This document shows, in pieces, positions 9,280-16,796 of a stretch of 39,013 bases of DNA; the stretch's first letter is position 1; each line of letters opens with the position of its first letter. The stretch lies in assembly GCA_035497855.1 (NCBI GenBank), contig DATKAS010000189.1, positions 1 to 39,013 on the forward strand, read 5' to 3'. Origin of the DNA: Acidimicrobiales bacterium (GTDB taxonomy: Bacteria > Actinomycetota > Acidimicrobiia > Acidimicrobiales > DATKAS01). A model generated the notes under the pieces. It made no database searches, had not been told where the DNA came from, and was given only the letters and a program-made list of their open reading frames with translations. The translations under genes and the position numbers were made by a program.

Positions 9280-9837
9280 CTACGTGGGCTCCGCCGGAAG
9301 GCCGACGACCCCTGGTTCGCGCTCGACGCCGAACGTGTTCAGCGCGTACGAGACGAGGGTGTACTGACCAACCGCGAAGACTGCGTCCATCAGCTGTTGC
9401 GTGTCGTATCGCTCGGCGACGGTCGCCCAGGTCGCGTCCGTGACGTTGGCGTTCGCGTGCAGCTCGTCGGCGAACCGCAGCAGCGCAGCGTCGAACGGAT
9501 CCCACCCGGGAGCGTCGGGACCGTGTGGGATGCGATCGATCTCCTGTTGGGAGATGTCGCTCCGCAACGCGATCGCGACGTGCTGCCCCCACTCGTACGG
9601 CGCACGGCAGTTCCATCCCGCGCGGAGGATGAGGAGCTCGCGATCGCGCGGGCTCAACGTGGACTTGGCGAGCACGTGGTTCGCGAACACGACCCAGCGC
9701 TTCATCAGCTTGGGATGGTTCGCGAGCGTGGCGAAGATGTTGAGAGGGGCTCCGTCGGGGGCGGACATGCCGCCGGCACCGAGCGGGCGCACCTCCTCGT
9801 CCCAGTCGTCGAGCGGGAGTGGCGCGATGCGAGGCAT
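9280..9837 (-). CDS. Carboxymuconolactone decarboxylase (AhpD-like) family protein
   Basis: MPRIAPLPLDDWDEE...NIFATLANHPKLMKRW...LSPRDRELLILRAGWNCRAPYEWGQH is typical of the CMD family. Start chosen at ATG 9835-9837; the tracked ORF begins 39 codons further upstream. Confidence 0.75.
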   Translation of the reverse strand: MPRIAPLPLDDWDEEVRPLGAGGMSAPDGAPLNIFATLANHPKLMKRWVVFANHVLAKSTLSPRDRELLILRAGWNCRAPYEWGQHVAIALRSDISQQEIDRIPHGPDAPGWDPFDAALLRFADELHANANVTDATWATVAERYDTQQLMDAVFAVGQYTLVSYALNTFGVEREPGVVGLPAEPT

Positions 9838-9853
9838 GCGCCATGATGCCCCG

Positions 9854-10291
9854 ATGCCCGCCGACCGCGCATCCTCGAGGGACAGCCCGGCCTGCCCCTT
9901 CTGCGGGATCGTCGCCGGCACCGAGCCCGCGCACATCGTCCTCGCGGACGACATCGCGGTCGCGTTCCTCGATCGACGACCCGTCTTCCCCGGTCACGTC
10001 TTGGTGGTGCCCCGCGAGCACGTCGAGACGTTCCTCGACCTGCCCCCTGACCGCGTCGGGCCGCTCATGGAGCGCGCGCAGCGCGTAGCGGCGGCGATGG
10101 AGTCCGGCCTCGGCGCAGACGGGTCCTTCGTCGCGATGAACAACCGCGTGAGCCAGAGCGTGGCGCACGTCCACGTGCACGTCGTGCCGCGACGCCGAGG
10201 CGACGGCCTCCGCGGCTTCTTCTGGCCGCGGCGGAAGTATCAGCCGGGGGAGGCCGAGGAGGTCGCGGCGAAGCTGCGGCACGTGATGTGA
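9854..10291 (+). CDS. HIT (histidine triad) family nucleotide hydrolase/transferase
   Basis: CPFCGIVAG...PVFPGHVLVVPREH...SVAHVHVHVVPR (HxHxHxx triad). Only the C-terminal 145 aa of the tracked ORF 9401..10291 look protein-like. In-frame ATGs lie at 9827, 9836 and 9854; I chose 9854 because it does not overlap the divergent CMD gene. Confidence 0.75.
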   Translation: MPADRASSRDSPACPFCGIVAGTEPAHIVLADDIAVAFLDRRPVFPGHVLVVPREHVETFLDLPPDRVGPLMERAQRVAAAMESGLGADGSFVAMNNRVSQSVAHVHVHVVPRRRGDGLRGFFWPRRKYQPGEAEEVAAKLRHVM

Positions 10292-10321
10292 CGGCGGAAG
10301 CTTGCGGACGACGCCGAAGAG

Positions 10322-10963
10322 TCAGATGCCGAACTCGCCTCGGCACTTGTCGAGGCCTTCGATGCGGATGTCGTCGCGACGCCGCTGTTCCCACTCGTCG
10401 CGGGGCAGGCGGAGGTGGATCATCCGGTCGCCGCGCCCCTGCCGCACACCGACGTGCTCACCGTTGGGTGAGTAGCCCATCGCAGCGCTCACGCCGAGGC
10501 TCGGCTTGTTGTCCTCCCACGCGCCGCTGAGCGCGACATCGGCGCCGAGGCCCTCGAACGCGAAGTGCAGGACTGCAGCGCGCATCTCCTTGCCGATGCC
10601 CTTCCCTTGATGGCGCTGCCCGAGCCACGAGCCGGTCTCGACCGTCTTCGTGATCGAGAAGTCCTTCGCGCCGATGCCTTGCATGCCGAGGACGCATCCG
10701 TCGACGACGGTGACCAGCGACAGATGCCACGCCTCGGGCTTCCACTCGGCTCGAATCCGCCAGTTGAACTGGAGCGTGCTGCGGGCTGCGACCTCGGGGC
10801 CGCCCTCGGTCCACGGGATGCCGAACGGCATGTACTCGGGATCGTGGACGCCCTGCGCCGCAGCCTCCGCCAGCGCAGCCAGGTCCTCGTCGCTCGGAGG
10901 CCGGAGCTCGAGACGGGGCGTGACGATGCGCAGCTCGAAGAGGGGCCAGTACGGCGAGCGCAT
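10322..10963 (-). CDS. GNAT family N-acetyltransferase (RimJ/RimL-like)
   Basis: LELRPPSDEDLAALAEAA... and the acetyl-CoA motif GSWLGQRHQGKGIGKEMRAAVLHFAFEGLG. Start at ATG 10963 (MRSPYWPLFEL...). Confidence 0.8.
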   Translation of the reverse strand: MRSPYWPLFELRIVTPRLELRPPSDEDLAALAEAAAQGVHDPEYMPFGIPWTEGGPEVAARSTLQFNWRIRAEWKPEAWHLSLVTVVDGCVLGMQGIGAKDFSITKTVETGSWLGQRHQGKGIGKEMRAAVLHFAFEGLGADVALSGAWEDNKPSLGVSAAMGYSPNGEHVGVRQGRGDRMIHLRLPRDEWEQRRRDDIRIEGLDKCRGEFGI

Positions 10964-11021
10964 GGGACAGTGTCCGACGCAGCGCCATCCGTCACAAGCC
11001 GATTTGGGAGCGCCGATCCGG

Positions 11022-11047
11022 TGAACCAAACCCGGAGGGGCTCCGTA
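11022..11047 (+). promoter_or_regulatory. Candidate ECF-type autoregulated promoter (TGAAC-N17-CGTA) placed for a leaderless or near-leaderless sigma-factor transcript
   Basis: gTGAACcaaacccggaggggctcCGTAgcc lies 9 nt upstream of the GTG/ATG at 11056/11059. It resembles the GGAAC..CGT architecture of group IV sigma promoters. Confidence 0.3.
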
Positions 11048-11055
11048 GCCTCATC

Positions 11056-11595
11056 GTGATGGCTCGCAGCCCCCTGGTGCTCGCCGACGAGGCGTCGGTC
11101 GCTGCGGCCTATCGCGCGCACGGACCCGAGCTGTACCGGGCCGCGTTTCGATCGCTCGCCGACAGCCAGCTCGCGGAAGAGGCGGTGCAGGAGGTGTTCG
11201 TCCGGGCGTGGCGGGCAGCCGATCGCTACGACCCGATGCTGTCGTCGCTGCGCACCTGGCTGTTCGCGATCCTGCGAAACGTCGTGGTCGACATGGCTCG
11301 AGCGCGATCCGTGCGGCCTGGGCTCGCGGCGGAGGGCCTCGTCGAGCGCGAGGCCGTCGACGATGTCGACGAATTCGATCGTGCTCTCGCGTCGTGGCAA
11401 GTCGAGGAGGCGCTGCTGCGGGTCAGTGAGGAGCACCGGATCGCGCTCGTCGAGGTGCACGTGCGGGGGCGACAGTACGGCGAGGTGGCAGCCGACCTCG
11501 GAGTTCCCGTGGGCACGCTGAAGAGCCGCGTGTACTACGGGTTGAAGGCGCTGCGCCTCGCGCTCGAGGAGCTCGGGTGGGTGGACGATGAGTGA
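11056..11595 (+). CDS. ECF (group IV) RNA polymerase sigma factor, SigK-like
   Basis: Region 2 (EEAVQEVFVRAWRAADRYDP...LRTWLFAILRNVVVD) and region 4 (YGEVAADLGVPVGTLKSRVYYGLKALR). Overlaps the downstream anti-sigma gene (ATGA-type, 8 nt). Confidence 0.9.
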   Translation: MMARSPLVLADEASVAAAYRAHGPELYRAAFRSLADSQLAEEAVQEVFVRAWRAADRYDPMLSSLRTWLFAILRNVVVDMARARSVRPGLAAEGLVEREAVDDVDEFDRALASWQVEEALLRVSEEHRIALVEVHVRGRQYGEVAADLGVPVGTLKSRVYYGLKALRLALEELGWVDDE

Positions 11596-12241
11596 CGCGT
11601 GCCGTGAGTGGAGGGGCGAGCTCGCCGCAACCGCGGCGGGCCGGCCCGATCCCGACAAGCAGGCTGGTCTCCTCGCGCACTTGGATGGGTGCCCACACTG
11701 CCGCGAGGAGCTGACCGAGCTGCGCCGAGTCGCGACGACGCTCGCCATCGTAGACGCCGATCGGCTGTCCGACCCGCCCCATCCTCCCGCCTCCCTCGCG
11801 GGTGACGTCGCGACTGCGGTTGCGATCGAGCGCCGCCACCGGGCGCGCGCGGCGCGTTGGCGCAACGTGCTCGTCGGAGCTCTCGCCGCCGCAGCGGCTT
11901 TCGCTCTGATGCTCGGCATCGTCTCGGTCGCGGGGCACGGCACCGGCTCGGTCGGGCAGCACGTCGCATTCGCCACCGCGCCGCCGGGCGTCGAGGCGTC
12001 CGCTGACCTCACGGCGGCGAAGTGGGGCACGCAGATCCAGCTGTCGGTCGACGGGCTCGACCACGACGGCGACGTGTACTGGCTCTGGCTGAGCACGAGC
12101 GACGGGAAGCGGGTCGCCGCGGGCACGTTCAGCGGTGACGGCACGATGCACATGACTGCCGCGCTCCCGCTCGACCAAGCCGCGCGGGTGTGGGTGACCG
12201 ACCGCAGCGACGCGGTCGTGCTCGACGCGCAGCTGCACTGA
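11588..12241 (+). CDS. Anti-sigma factor (zf-HC2 N-terminus, one TM helix, RskA-like extracytoplasmic domain)
   Basis: HLDGCPHCREEL zinc motif, TM helix LVGALAAAAAFALMLGIVSVA, and C-terminus KWGTQIQLSVDGL...VYWLWLSTSDGKRVAAGTF typical of anti-sigma-K (RskA) C-domains. Confidence 0.8.
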   Translation: MSDACREWRGELAATAAGRPDPDKQAGLLAHLDGCPHCREELTELRRVATTLAIVDADRLSDPPHPPASLAGDVATAVAIERRHRARAARWRNVLVGALAAAAAFALMLGIVSVAGHGTGSVGQHVAFATAPPGVEASADLTAAKWGTQIQLSVDGLDHDGDVYWLWLSTSDGKRVAAGTFSGDGTMHMTAALPLDQAARVWVTDRSDAVVLDAQLH

Positions 12242-12350
12242 CGCACGCGGGACGGCCCGCCGCGCGAATCGAGGACCGGTATCCTCGCCGAAGACCCGGC
12301 GGGCACACATCCCATCCTCATCACTCGGCCGGCGGGCGAGGCGAGCTCAC

Positions 12351-13154
12351 ATGGCGCGGTTCGGCGACTACCTCCTGGTGCGGCGGCTGGGTGAGGGTGC
12401 GCACGGCCGGTCGTACCTGGCCGAACCCCCGCTGCGGCTCGGCGTCAGCGACGAGTACGTCGTGCTCAAGGTCCTCCACCGTGAGGTGACGGAGGACGAG
12501 TTCTCGCGCGCTGCCGCACATCTCTCGTCGATCGCGTCCGTGCTGTCGCCCTACCTCGCCCGACCGCTCGACGTGCTTCGCGTCGATCGGTCCATGGGGG
12601 TCGTCACCGAGCACGTGGCCGGGGGATCGCTCGACGCTCCTTCCCGCCCGATCGGGCGTCGCGACGTGATGCAGGCCGTCGCCGATGCGGCCCTCGGAGC
12701 GCACGCTCTCCACGAGGCCGGCATCGCGCACGCGAACATCACGCCGTCGAACATCCTCCTCGGCACGCGGTGCGCAAAGCTCGCCGATGCGTCGCTGCTC
12801 GCGGTGCTCGACCCCGGTCGCACGACAGCGGGCACGAGGGCGGGCGACTCCGTCGATCTCACTGATCCCGCGCTGCTGCTCGGTGCTGAGCCTTCTCGCG
12901 CGTCAGACGTGTGGTCGCTCGGTGCGACCTTGCACCGCATGCTCACCGGTCAGTCGTTGTTCGGCGTCGTCCCCGACGTCGGCGAGACCGAGGCGCTTCG
13001 CCACGTCATCGTCGCTCCGGCGCGGCTCGGAGCGTCACTGTCGCCGGCGGAGGCGCGCATCATCGCGGACTGCGTGTCCGACGACCCCGTCGAGCGACCG
13101 CTCACGGCCGAGGCGCTCGCCACTCGACTTCGCTCGCTGCTCTTGGCGGCCTGA
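12351..13154 (+). CDS. Ser/Thr protein kinase-fold protein, predicted pseudokinase (cytosolic, kinase domain only)
   Basis: Retained: Gly loop LGEGAHGRSY, beta3 Lys (VVLKVL), DVWSLG and ERP. The catalytic loop reads IAHANITPSN (HRDxKxxN becomes HANxTxxN) and DFG reads DAS. Confidence 0.75.
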   Translation: MARFGDYLLVRRLGEGAHGRSYLAEPPLRLGVSDEYVVLKVLHREVTEDEFSRAAAHLSSIASVLSPYLARPLDVLRVDRSMGVVTEHVAGGSLDAPSRPIGRRDVMQAVADAALGAHALHEAGIAHANITPSNILLGTRCAKLADASLLAVLDPGRTTAGTRAGDSVDLTDPALLLGAEPSRASDVWSLGATLHRMLTGQSLFGVVPDVGETEALRHVIVAPARLGASLSPAEARIIADCVSDDPVERPLTAEALATRLRSLLLAA

Positions 13155-14365
13155 TGGCGGCGCCCGCGGTTCGACTCGACGACCTCCAGCTGACGGTCGT
13201 GCCCGGGGAGGGCCTCGTCGCGCGATTCGGCGAGGTCGCGCTCCTCGCGCTGTCTGGTGGGAGTGGCGCGGCGATCGACCAGCTCCTCGCGACATGTCGC
13301 GCGCTCGGCACCGCGCGCATCGACGAACCCGGCGCGATCCTCGTCGACCAGCTCGACGCGCTGCTCGGCGAGCGCATGCCGGCGAGCCCGTCCTTCTGTG
13401 TGCTCGCGACGTCCGCCGAGGGCGTGGAGGTCGTGCTCTGCGGCGAGGTCGAGGTCACCGTGGCGCGCGGAGGACAGGTGAGCCGGCATGCCGGGCCCGA
13501 TCCCGACACGTGGGTCGACCTGCTGGTCGACCAAGGGTTCGACTGGTTGGTTGCAGTCCCCCTCGGCTCGGCCGAGCCACCGAGCGACGTGCGCCTCGAC
13601 CTCCACGACGGTGTCGTTCCGGGGGGCGGGCTTCGGCTCACCCAGCGCGACCGTTTGCCGGGCGAGGTGCTCCCTCGACCCGAACCCGAGCAGAGCGAGC
13701 CGGCCCCCTCGGAGTCGGCGCCCGCGCCCGCGGCTGCGGAGGTGAGCCCGCCGCAGGTGGAGGCGCCCGGCGGATTCGTCTCGGTGCCGTTGTGGCGTGC
13801 CCCGGCGCCGGGCACGCGCGCGCCGCTCGCCGTCGCGACGACGTCCCTCGACGAGCCGGTGCCCGAGCCGGGTGAGGTGCTCGTGCCGACGCTCCGCTGC
13901 TCGGCGGGTCACCCGAACAACCCCGCGGCCACCCACTGCGGCTGGTGTGGTCGTTCGCTCGTCGACGGGACCGCTCGTCTGATCGATCGCCCCCAGCCCA
14001 CCCTCGGCATCCTTCTGCTCGACGACGGCTCCTCGTACACGCTCGACGCGGGCTACCTCATCGGATCGATGCCCGACCTCGCGAACGCGCTTTCGCGCGG
14101 TGATGTGCGCCCGCTCGTGCTGCCACAGCGCGACGGTGTGGTGCCGACGCATGCGGAGATCGCGTTGGACGGCTGGGCCGTGACCGTGGCCGATCGCGCA
14201 CCCGATGCAGGCACATGGGTGCGACGTCCGGGCGATCGCGAGTGGTCGCGTCTGGCTCCATCGCGCCCCGAGATGATCGTCGCGGAGTCACAGATCCGAG
14301 TCGGCGAGCGCGTGCTCACGTTCATCGCAGCGCGTCGGATCACCGGGGACGATCACTCGAGGTAG
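13154..14365 (+). CDS. FHA-domain protein with an N-terminal unknown domain, Pro-rich linker and zinc ribbon
   Basis: The ATG at 13154 overlaps the kinase stop (TGATG). Zinc ribbon CSAGHPNNPAATHCGWCG. C-terminal FHA-like GILLLDDGSSYTLDAGYLIGSMP...VPTHAEIALDGWAVTVADRAPDAGTWV...IRVGERVLTF. The tracked ORF starts at 12911 inside the kinase gene. Confidence 0.7.
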   Translation: MAAPAVRLDDLQLTVVPGEGLVARFGEVALLALSGGSGAAIDQLLATCRALGTARIDEPGAILVDQLDALLGERMPASPSFCVLATSAEGVEVVLCGEVEVTVARGGQVSRHAGPDPDTWVDLLVDQGFDWLVAVPLGSAEPPSDVRLDLHDGVVPGGGLRLTQRDRLPGEVLPRPEPEQSEPAPSESAPAPAAAEVSPPQVEAPGGFVSVPLWRAPAPGTRAPLAVATTSLDEPVPEPGEVLVPTLRCSAGHPNNPAATHCGWCGRSLVDGTARLIDRPQPTLGILLLDDGSSYTLDAGYLIGSMPDLANALSRGDVRPLVLPQRDGVVPTHAEIALDGWAVTVADRAPDAGTWVRRPGDREWSRLAPSRPEMIVAESQIRVGERVLTFIAARRITGDDHSR

Positions 14366-14452
14366 TTGCATCTGCAACGTGATCGCAGGCCGTTTGCGGA
14401 GCATCCGAGTGCATCGAGATGATGCGTCGAGATCGGTGATGTGCGGAAATGC

Positions 14453-14481
14453 TTGACCTTCGCGCTCAGTTCGGTTCTGAT
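14453..14481 (+). promoter_or_regulatory. Candidate sigma-A-type promoter for the HU operon (TTGACC-17 nt-TCTGAT)
   Basis: TTGACC at 14453-14458 and TCTGAT at 14476-14481, about 38 nt upstream of the HU GTG. The site was read by eye only. Confidence 0.3.
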
Positions 14482-14518
14482 TTGCCCTGGCGCTACGCGC
14501 TGTGACCAGGAGGTAGCG

Positions 14519-14803
14519 GTGGCTTCAGTCAGCAAGGCCGACACCGTCGACGCCATTGCGAAGGCGACTGACATGCGAAAGGTCGACGTCGAGACTGTTC
14601 TCGACGCGTTCTTCGACTATGTCGGCGATGCAGCAAAGCGCGGCGACAAGGTGGGGTGGCCGAGCTTCGGAAACTTCAGTGCAAGCCAACGTGCGGCTCG
14701 CACTGGTCGCAACCCTCAGACCGGAGAACCGGTCCAGATCGCCGCATCGACGGCGATGAAGTTCTCGGCGAGTAAGGCACTCAAAGAGAAGCTCAACGGT
14801 TAG
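14519..14803 (+). CDS. hup: HU family nucleoid-associated DNA-binding protein (HU fold only, 94 aa)
   Basis: VASVSKADTVDAIAKATDMRKVDVETVLDAFFDYVGDAAKRGDKVGWPSFGNFSASQRAARTGRNPQTGEPVQIAASTAMKFSASKALKEKL. GTG at 14519 is preceded by CCAGGAGG. The tracked ORF (from 14441) adds a non-protein-like leader. Confidence 0.9.
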   Translation: MASVSKADTVDAIAKATDMRKVDVETVLDAFFDYVGDAAKRGDKVGWPSFGNFSASQRAARTGRNPQTGEPVQIAASTAMKFSASKALKEKLNG

Positions 14804-14819
14804 CTAAGAGAGGAGACCC

Positions 14820-15101
14820 GTGAGCCCTGCCAAGAAGGCAGCCAAGAAGGCCCCGGCCAAGAAGGCTGCCAAGAAGAAGGCCCCGGCCAAGAAGGCCCCG
14901 GCCAAGAAGAAGGCTCCGGCCAAGCGCAAGGCGGCGGCCAAGAAGGCGCCGGCCAAGAAGAAGGCTCCGGCCAAGCGCAAGGCTCCTGCCAAGCGCAAGG
15001 CGGCGGCCAAGAAGGCTCCGGCCAAGCGCAAGGCTCCCGCCAAGCGCAAGGCTCCCGCCAAGCGCAAGGCTCCGGCCAAGAAGGCCGCAGCCAAGAAGTA
15101 G
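14820..15101 (+). CDS. Lysine/alanine/proline-repeat basic protein (histone H1-like; equivalent to the C-terminal tail of mycobacterial HupB)
   Basis: 93 aa made almost entirely of PAKK(K)A / PAKRKA repeats. Its own GTG start at 14820 is preceded by AGAGGAG. It lies 16 nt after the HU stop and in a different frame (+1). Confidence 0.75.
   Translation: MSPAKKAAKKAPAKKAAKKKAPAKKAPAKKKAPAKRKAAAKKAPAKKKAPAKRKAPAKRKAAAKKAPAKRKAPAKRKAPAKRKAPAKKAAAKK
14826..15098 (+). repeat. Imperfect in-frame tandem DNA repeats (gcc aag [aag/cgc] aag gc[n] cc[n] units) encoding the KAP repeats
   Basis: Direct reading, for example gccaagcgcaaggctcccgcc repeated consecutively at 15019-15081. The same repeats create the spurious minus-strand ORFs 14793..15260 and 14804..15094. 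Confidence 0.9.
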
Positions 15102-15130
15102 GACCCAGCAAGAACGGGTCGATCGCAGTC

Positions 15131-15152
15131 GGGGGGCCCGCGAGGGTCCCCC
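15131..15152 (+). terminator. Stable GC hairpin (9-bp stem, GCGA tetraloop) downstream of the HU/KAP gene pair; probable intrinsic terminator without a long U-tract
   Basis: GGGGGGCCC-gcga-GGGTCCCCC followed by gtt, located 30 nt after the stop of the KAP gene. Confidence 0.5.
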
Positions 15153-15192
15153 GTTGCGCGTCCGTGCCACGAGTCCGTGCCACCATTCGCGC

Positions 15193-15969
15193 GTGGACGC
15201 GATCTGCGACGACCTCACCGCGGAGCACGGCGCGCTCGACGCGATCGTCGCGTCGCTCACGGAGAGCGAATGGAAGCGACCGACGCCCGCGGTCGGATGG
15301 TCGATCCAAGACGAGGTCGGTCATCTCACGTACTTCGACGGCACCGCCACGCTCGCGTTGATCGATCCCGACGCGTTCACCGCGTCGGTCGAATCGTTGC
15401 TCTCCGGCCTCGGCACCGACGACCCGACGCTCGCCGAGTCGCGTGCGATGAGCGGCGCAGATCTGCTCGAGCGCTGGCGAAGCGGTCGTGCCGCGCTGCT
15501 CACCGAGCTGCGCCGCACCGATCCCAAGGCCCGCATCCCGTGGTACGGGCCGCCGATGAGCGCGCGCTCCTTCGCGACCGCCCGCCTCATGGAGACGTGG
15601 GCGCATGGCCAGGACATCGTCGACGCGCTGGGGGTGGAACGGGAGCCGACCGATCGATTGCGGCACATCGCCCACATCGGCGTGCGCGCTCGACCGTTCA
15701 GCTACGTCACGAACGGCCGCGAGGTGCCAGAGGGAGAGGTGCGGGTCGAGCTGCGCGGGCCGAGCGGTGACACGTGGACGTGGAACGAGTCGTCCACCGA
15801 CGTCGTACGCGGTGATGCGCTCGACTTCTGCCTCGTCGTCACGCAGCGGCGGCATGTCGCCGACACGGCGCTCGAGGTCGAGGGACCGCTCGCGGCGGAC
15901 TGGATCGCGATCGCGCAGGCGTTTGCCGGGCCGCCCGGTTCGGGCCGCGAGCCCGGTCAATTCGCTTGA
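15193..15969 (+). CDS. DinB/MDMPI-like metal-binding protein (TIGR03084-type, mycothiol maleylpyruvate isomerase N-domain family)
   Basis: LTAEHGALDAIVASLTESEWKRPTPAVGWSIQDEVGHLTYFD... and WAHGQDI. GTG 15193 is preferred because the tracked TTG start (15154) abuts the terminator hairpin. Confidence 0.65.
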   Translation: MDAICDDLTAEHGALDAIVASLTESEWKRPTPAVGWSIQDEVGHLTYFDGTATLALIDPDAFTASVESLLSGLGTDDPTLAESRAMSGADLLERWRSGRAALLTELRRTDPKARIPWYGPPMSARSFATARLMETWAHGQDIVDALGVEREPTDRLRHIAHIGVRARPFSYVTNGREVPEGEVRVELRGPSGDTWTWNESSTDVVRGDALDFCLVVTQRRHVADTALEVEGPLAADWIAIAQAFAGPPGSGREPGQFA

Positions 15970-16015
15970 TCCGCCCTCCCCGGACGATGGCGCGTACACC
16001 GCCCGGGACGTGCGC

Positions 16016-16786
16016 TCACAGCGAGTCGATGAGCTTGAACGCCTCGGCGTAGGCGACCCCGACGCGCCGGCCGTGCTCGGCGAGACGAGCCCGGACCCGA
16101 GACCGGAACGCGTCGAGCTCGGCGTCGAGGTGCTCACCGCTGGCGCGCATCGTCGACTCGAACTGGCTGGCGTGGCATTCGAGCGCCGCGAGCTTGGCGT
16201 CGATCGACGACGACACGTCCTCGGCATGGTCGGGCTCGTCGGCTTCCCAGAGGAGCAGCGCGGCAGGCCGGTGATGGGCCACACGGTGCTCGGGGAAGAA
16301 GTGAGGATCGCGCGCCGCGACGATGCCTTCGCACGCGAGCAACCCCGCGTGCCGATGGTCGGGATGGAGCCGGTACCGGCGCCACGGGTCGTGGCCGAGG
16401 ACGACATCGGGACGCAAGGCCCGGATCCAGCGCGCGACCTCCGACCGTTGGGCGACACCGGACTCGAGCTCGCCGTCGCGCCACCCGAGGAACACGACCT
16501 CGCCGGTCGAGCCGAGGGCCTTCGCCGCAGCGCGCTGCTCGTCCTGCCGGCGAGCGACCAGCGCGGCCGTGTCGGCCGTGACGTCCCATGTGCCCTTCGA
16601 TCCGTCCGTGCAGACGACGTGATGGATCACGCATCCCGCGGCGGCCCACTTCGCGAACGTGCCGCCCGCGCCGAACTCGATGTCGTCAGGGTGCGCGCCG
16701 ATCGCCAACGCGACGCCAGGTGTCGGGAGGTCGAGGCCGCGTCCGCGGGCAGCATGGCGGCCGGGCTGTCCGGGTTCGTCGCTCAT
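16016..16786 (-). CDS. PIG-L/LmbE family deacetylase (MshB/Mca-like)
   Basis: ALAIGAHPDDIEFGAGGTFAKW...VVCTDGSKGTWD...HPDHRHAG. ATG at 16784-16786; the upstream part of the tracked ORF is Ser/Arg junk overlapping cofC. Confidence 0.8.
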   Translation of the reverse strand: MSDEPGQPGRHAARGRGLDLPTPGVALAIGAHPDDIEFGAGGTFAKWAAAGCVIHHVVCTDGSKGTWDVTADTAALVARRQDEQRAAAKALGSTGEVVFLGWRDGELESGVAQRSEVARWIRALRPDVVLGHDPWRRYRLHPDHRHAGLLACEGIVAARDPHFFPEHRVAHHRPAALLLWEADEPDHAEDVSSSIDAKLAALECHASQFESTMRASGEHLDAELDAFRSRVRARLAEHGRRVGVAYAEAFKLIDSL

Positions 16787-16796
16787 CGCGCTCGAC

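Noticed and set aside
10489-12324. 611-aa minus-strand ORF spanning the GNAT, sigma and anti-sigma region
   Set aside because: It crosses three independently supported genes on both strands. It is Ser/Arg/Ala/Pro-rich and low-complexity with no motifs, so it is a shadow ORF.
14366-14518. Possible tRNA or small RNA in the 153-nt spacer upstream of HU
   Set aside because: I could find no cloverleaf-compatible arms or T-loop (GTTCRANYC). The spacer contains only a 6-2-6 palindrome (GTTGCAtcTGCAAC at about 14368-14381), which may be the terminator or operator after the FHA gene, plus a promoter-like TTGACC/TCTGAT pair.
14801-14822. Programmed read-through or frameshift fusing HU to the KAP tail
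   Set aside because: A fusion would need both TAG suppression and a +1 shift, and I see no slippery heptamer. The second ORF also has its own SD and GTG. The idea is kept only as an assembly-error caveat in the findings.
14826-15098. Possible CRISPR-like or minisatellite array
   Set aside because: The units are 12-21 nt, contiguous, in-frame and coding, with no spacers and no cas genes. This is a coding tandem repeat, not CRISPR.
15161-15183. 10-nt direct repeat tccgtgccac-gag-tccgtgccac upstream of the DinB-like gene
   Set aside because: It could be an operator, but it is a single short pair with no palindromic character and no cognate regulator nearby. The support is insufficient to call a site.
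14800-16458. 552-aa minus-strand ORF, plus ORFs 14793..15260 and 14804..15094 with LAG/LGR repeat proteins
   Set aside because: These are the reverse-complement reading of the KAP repeat DNA and of the DinB-like and PIG-L region. The repeat peptides are mirror artefacts of the lysine-rich gene, which has its own SD and start.
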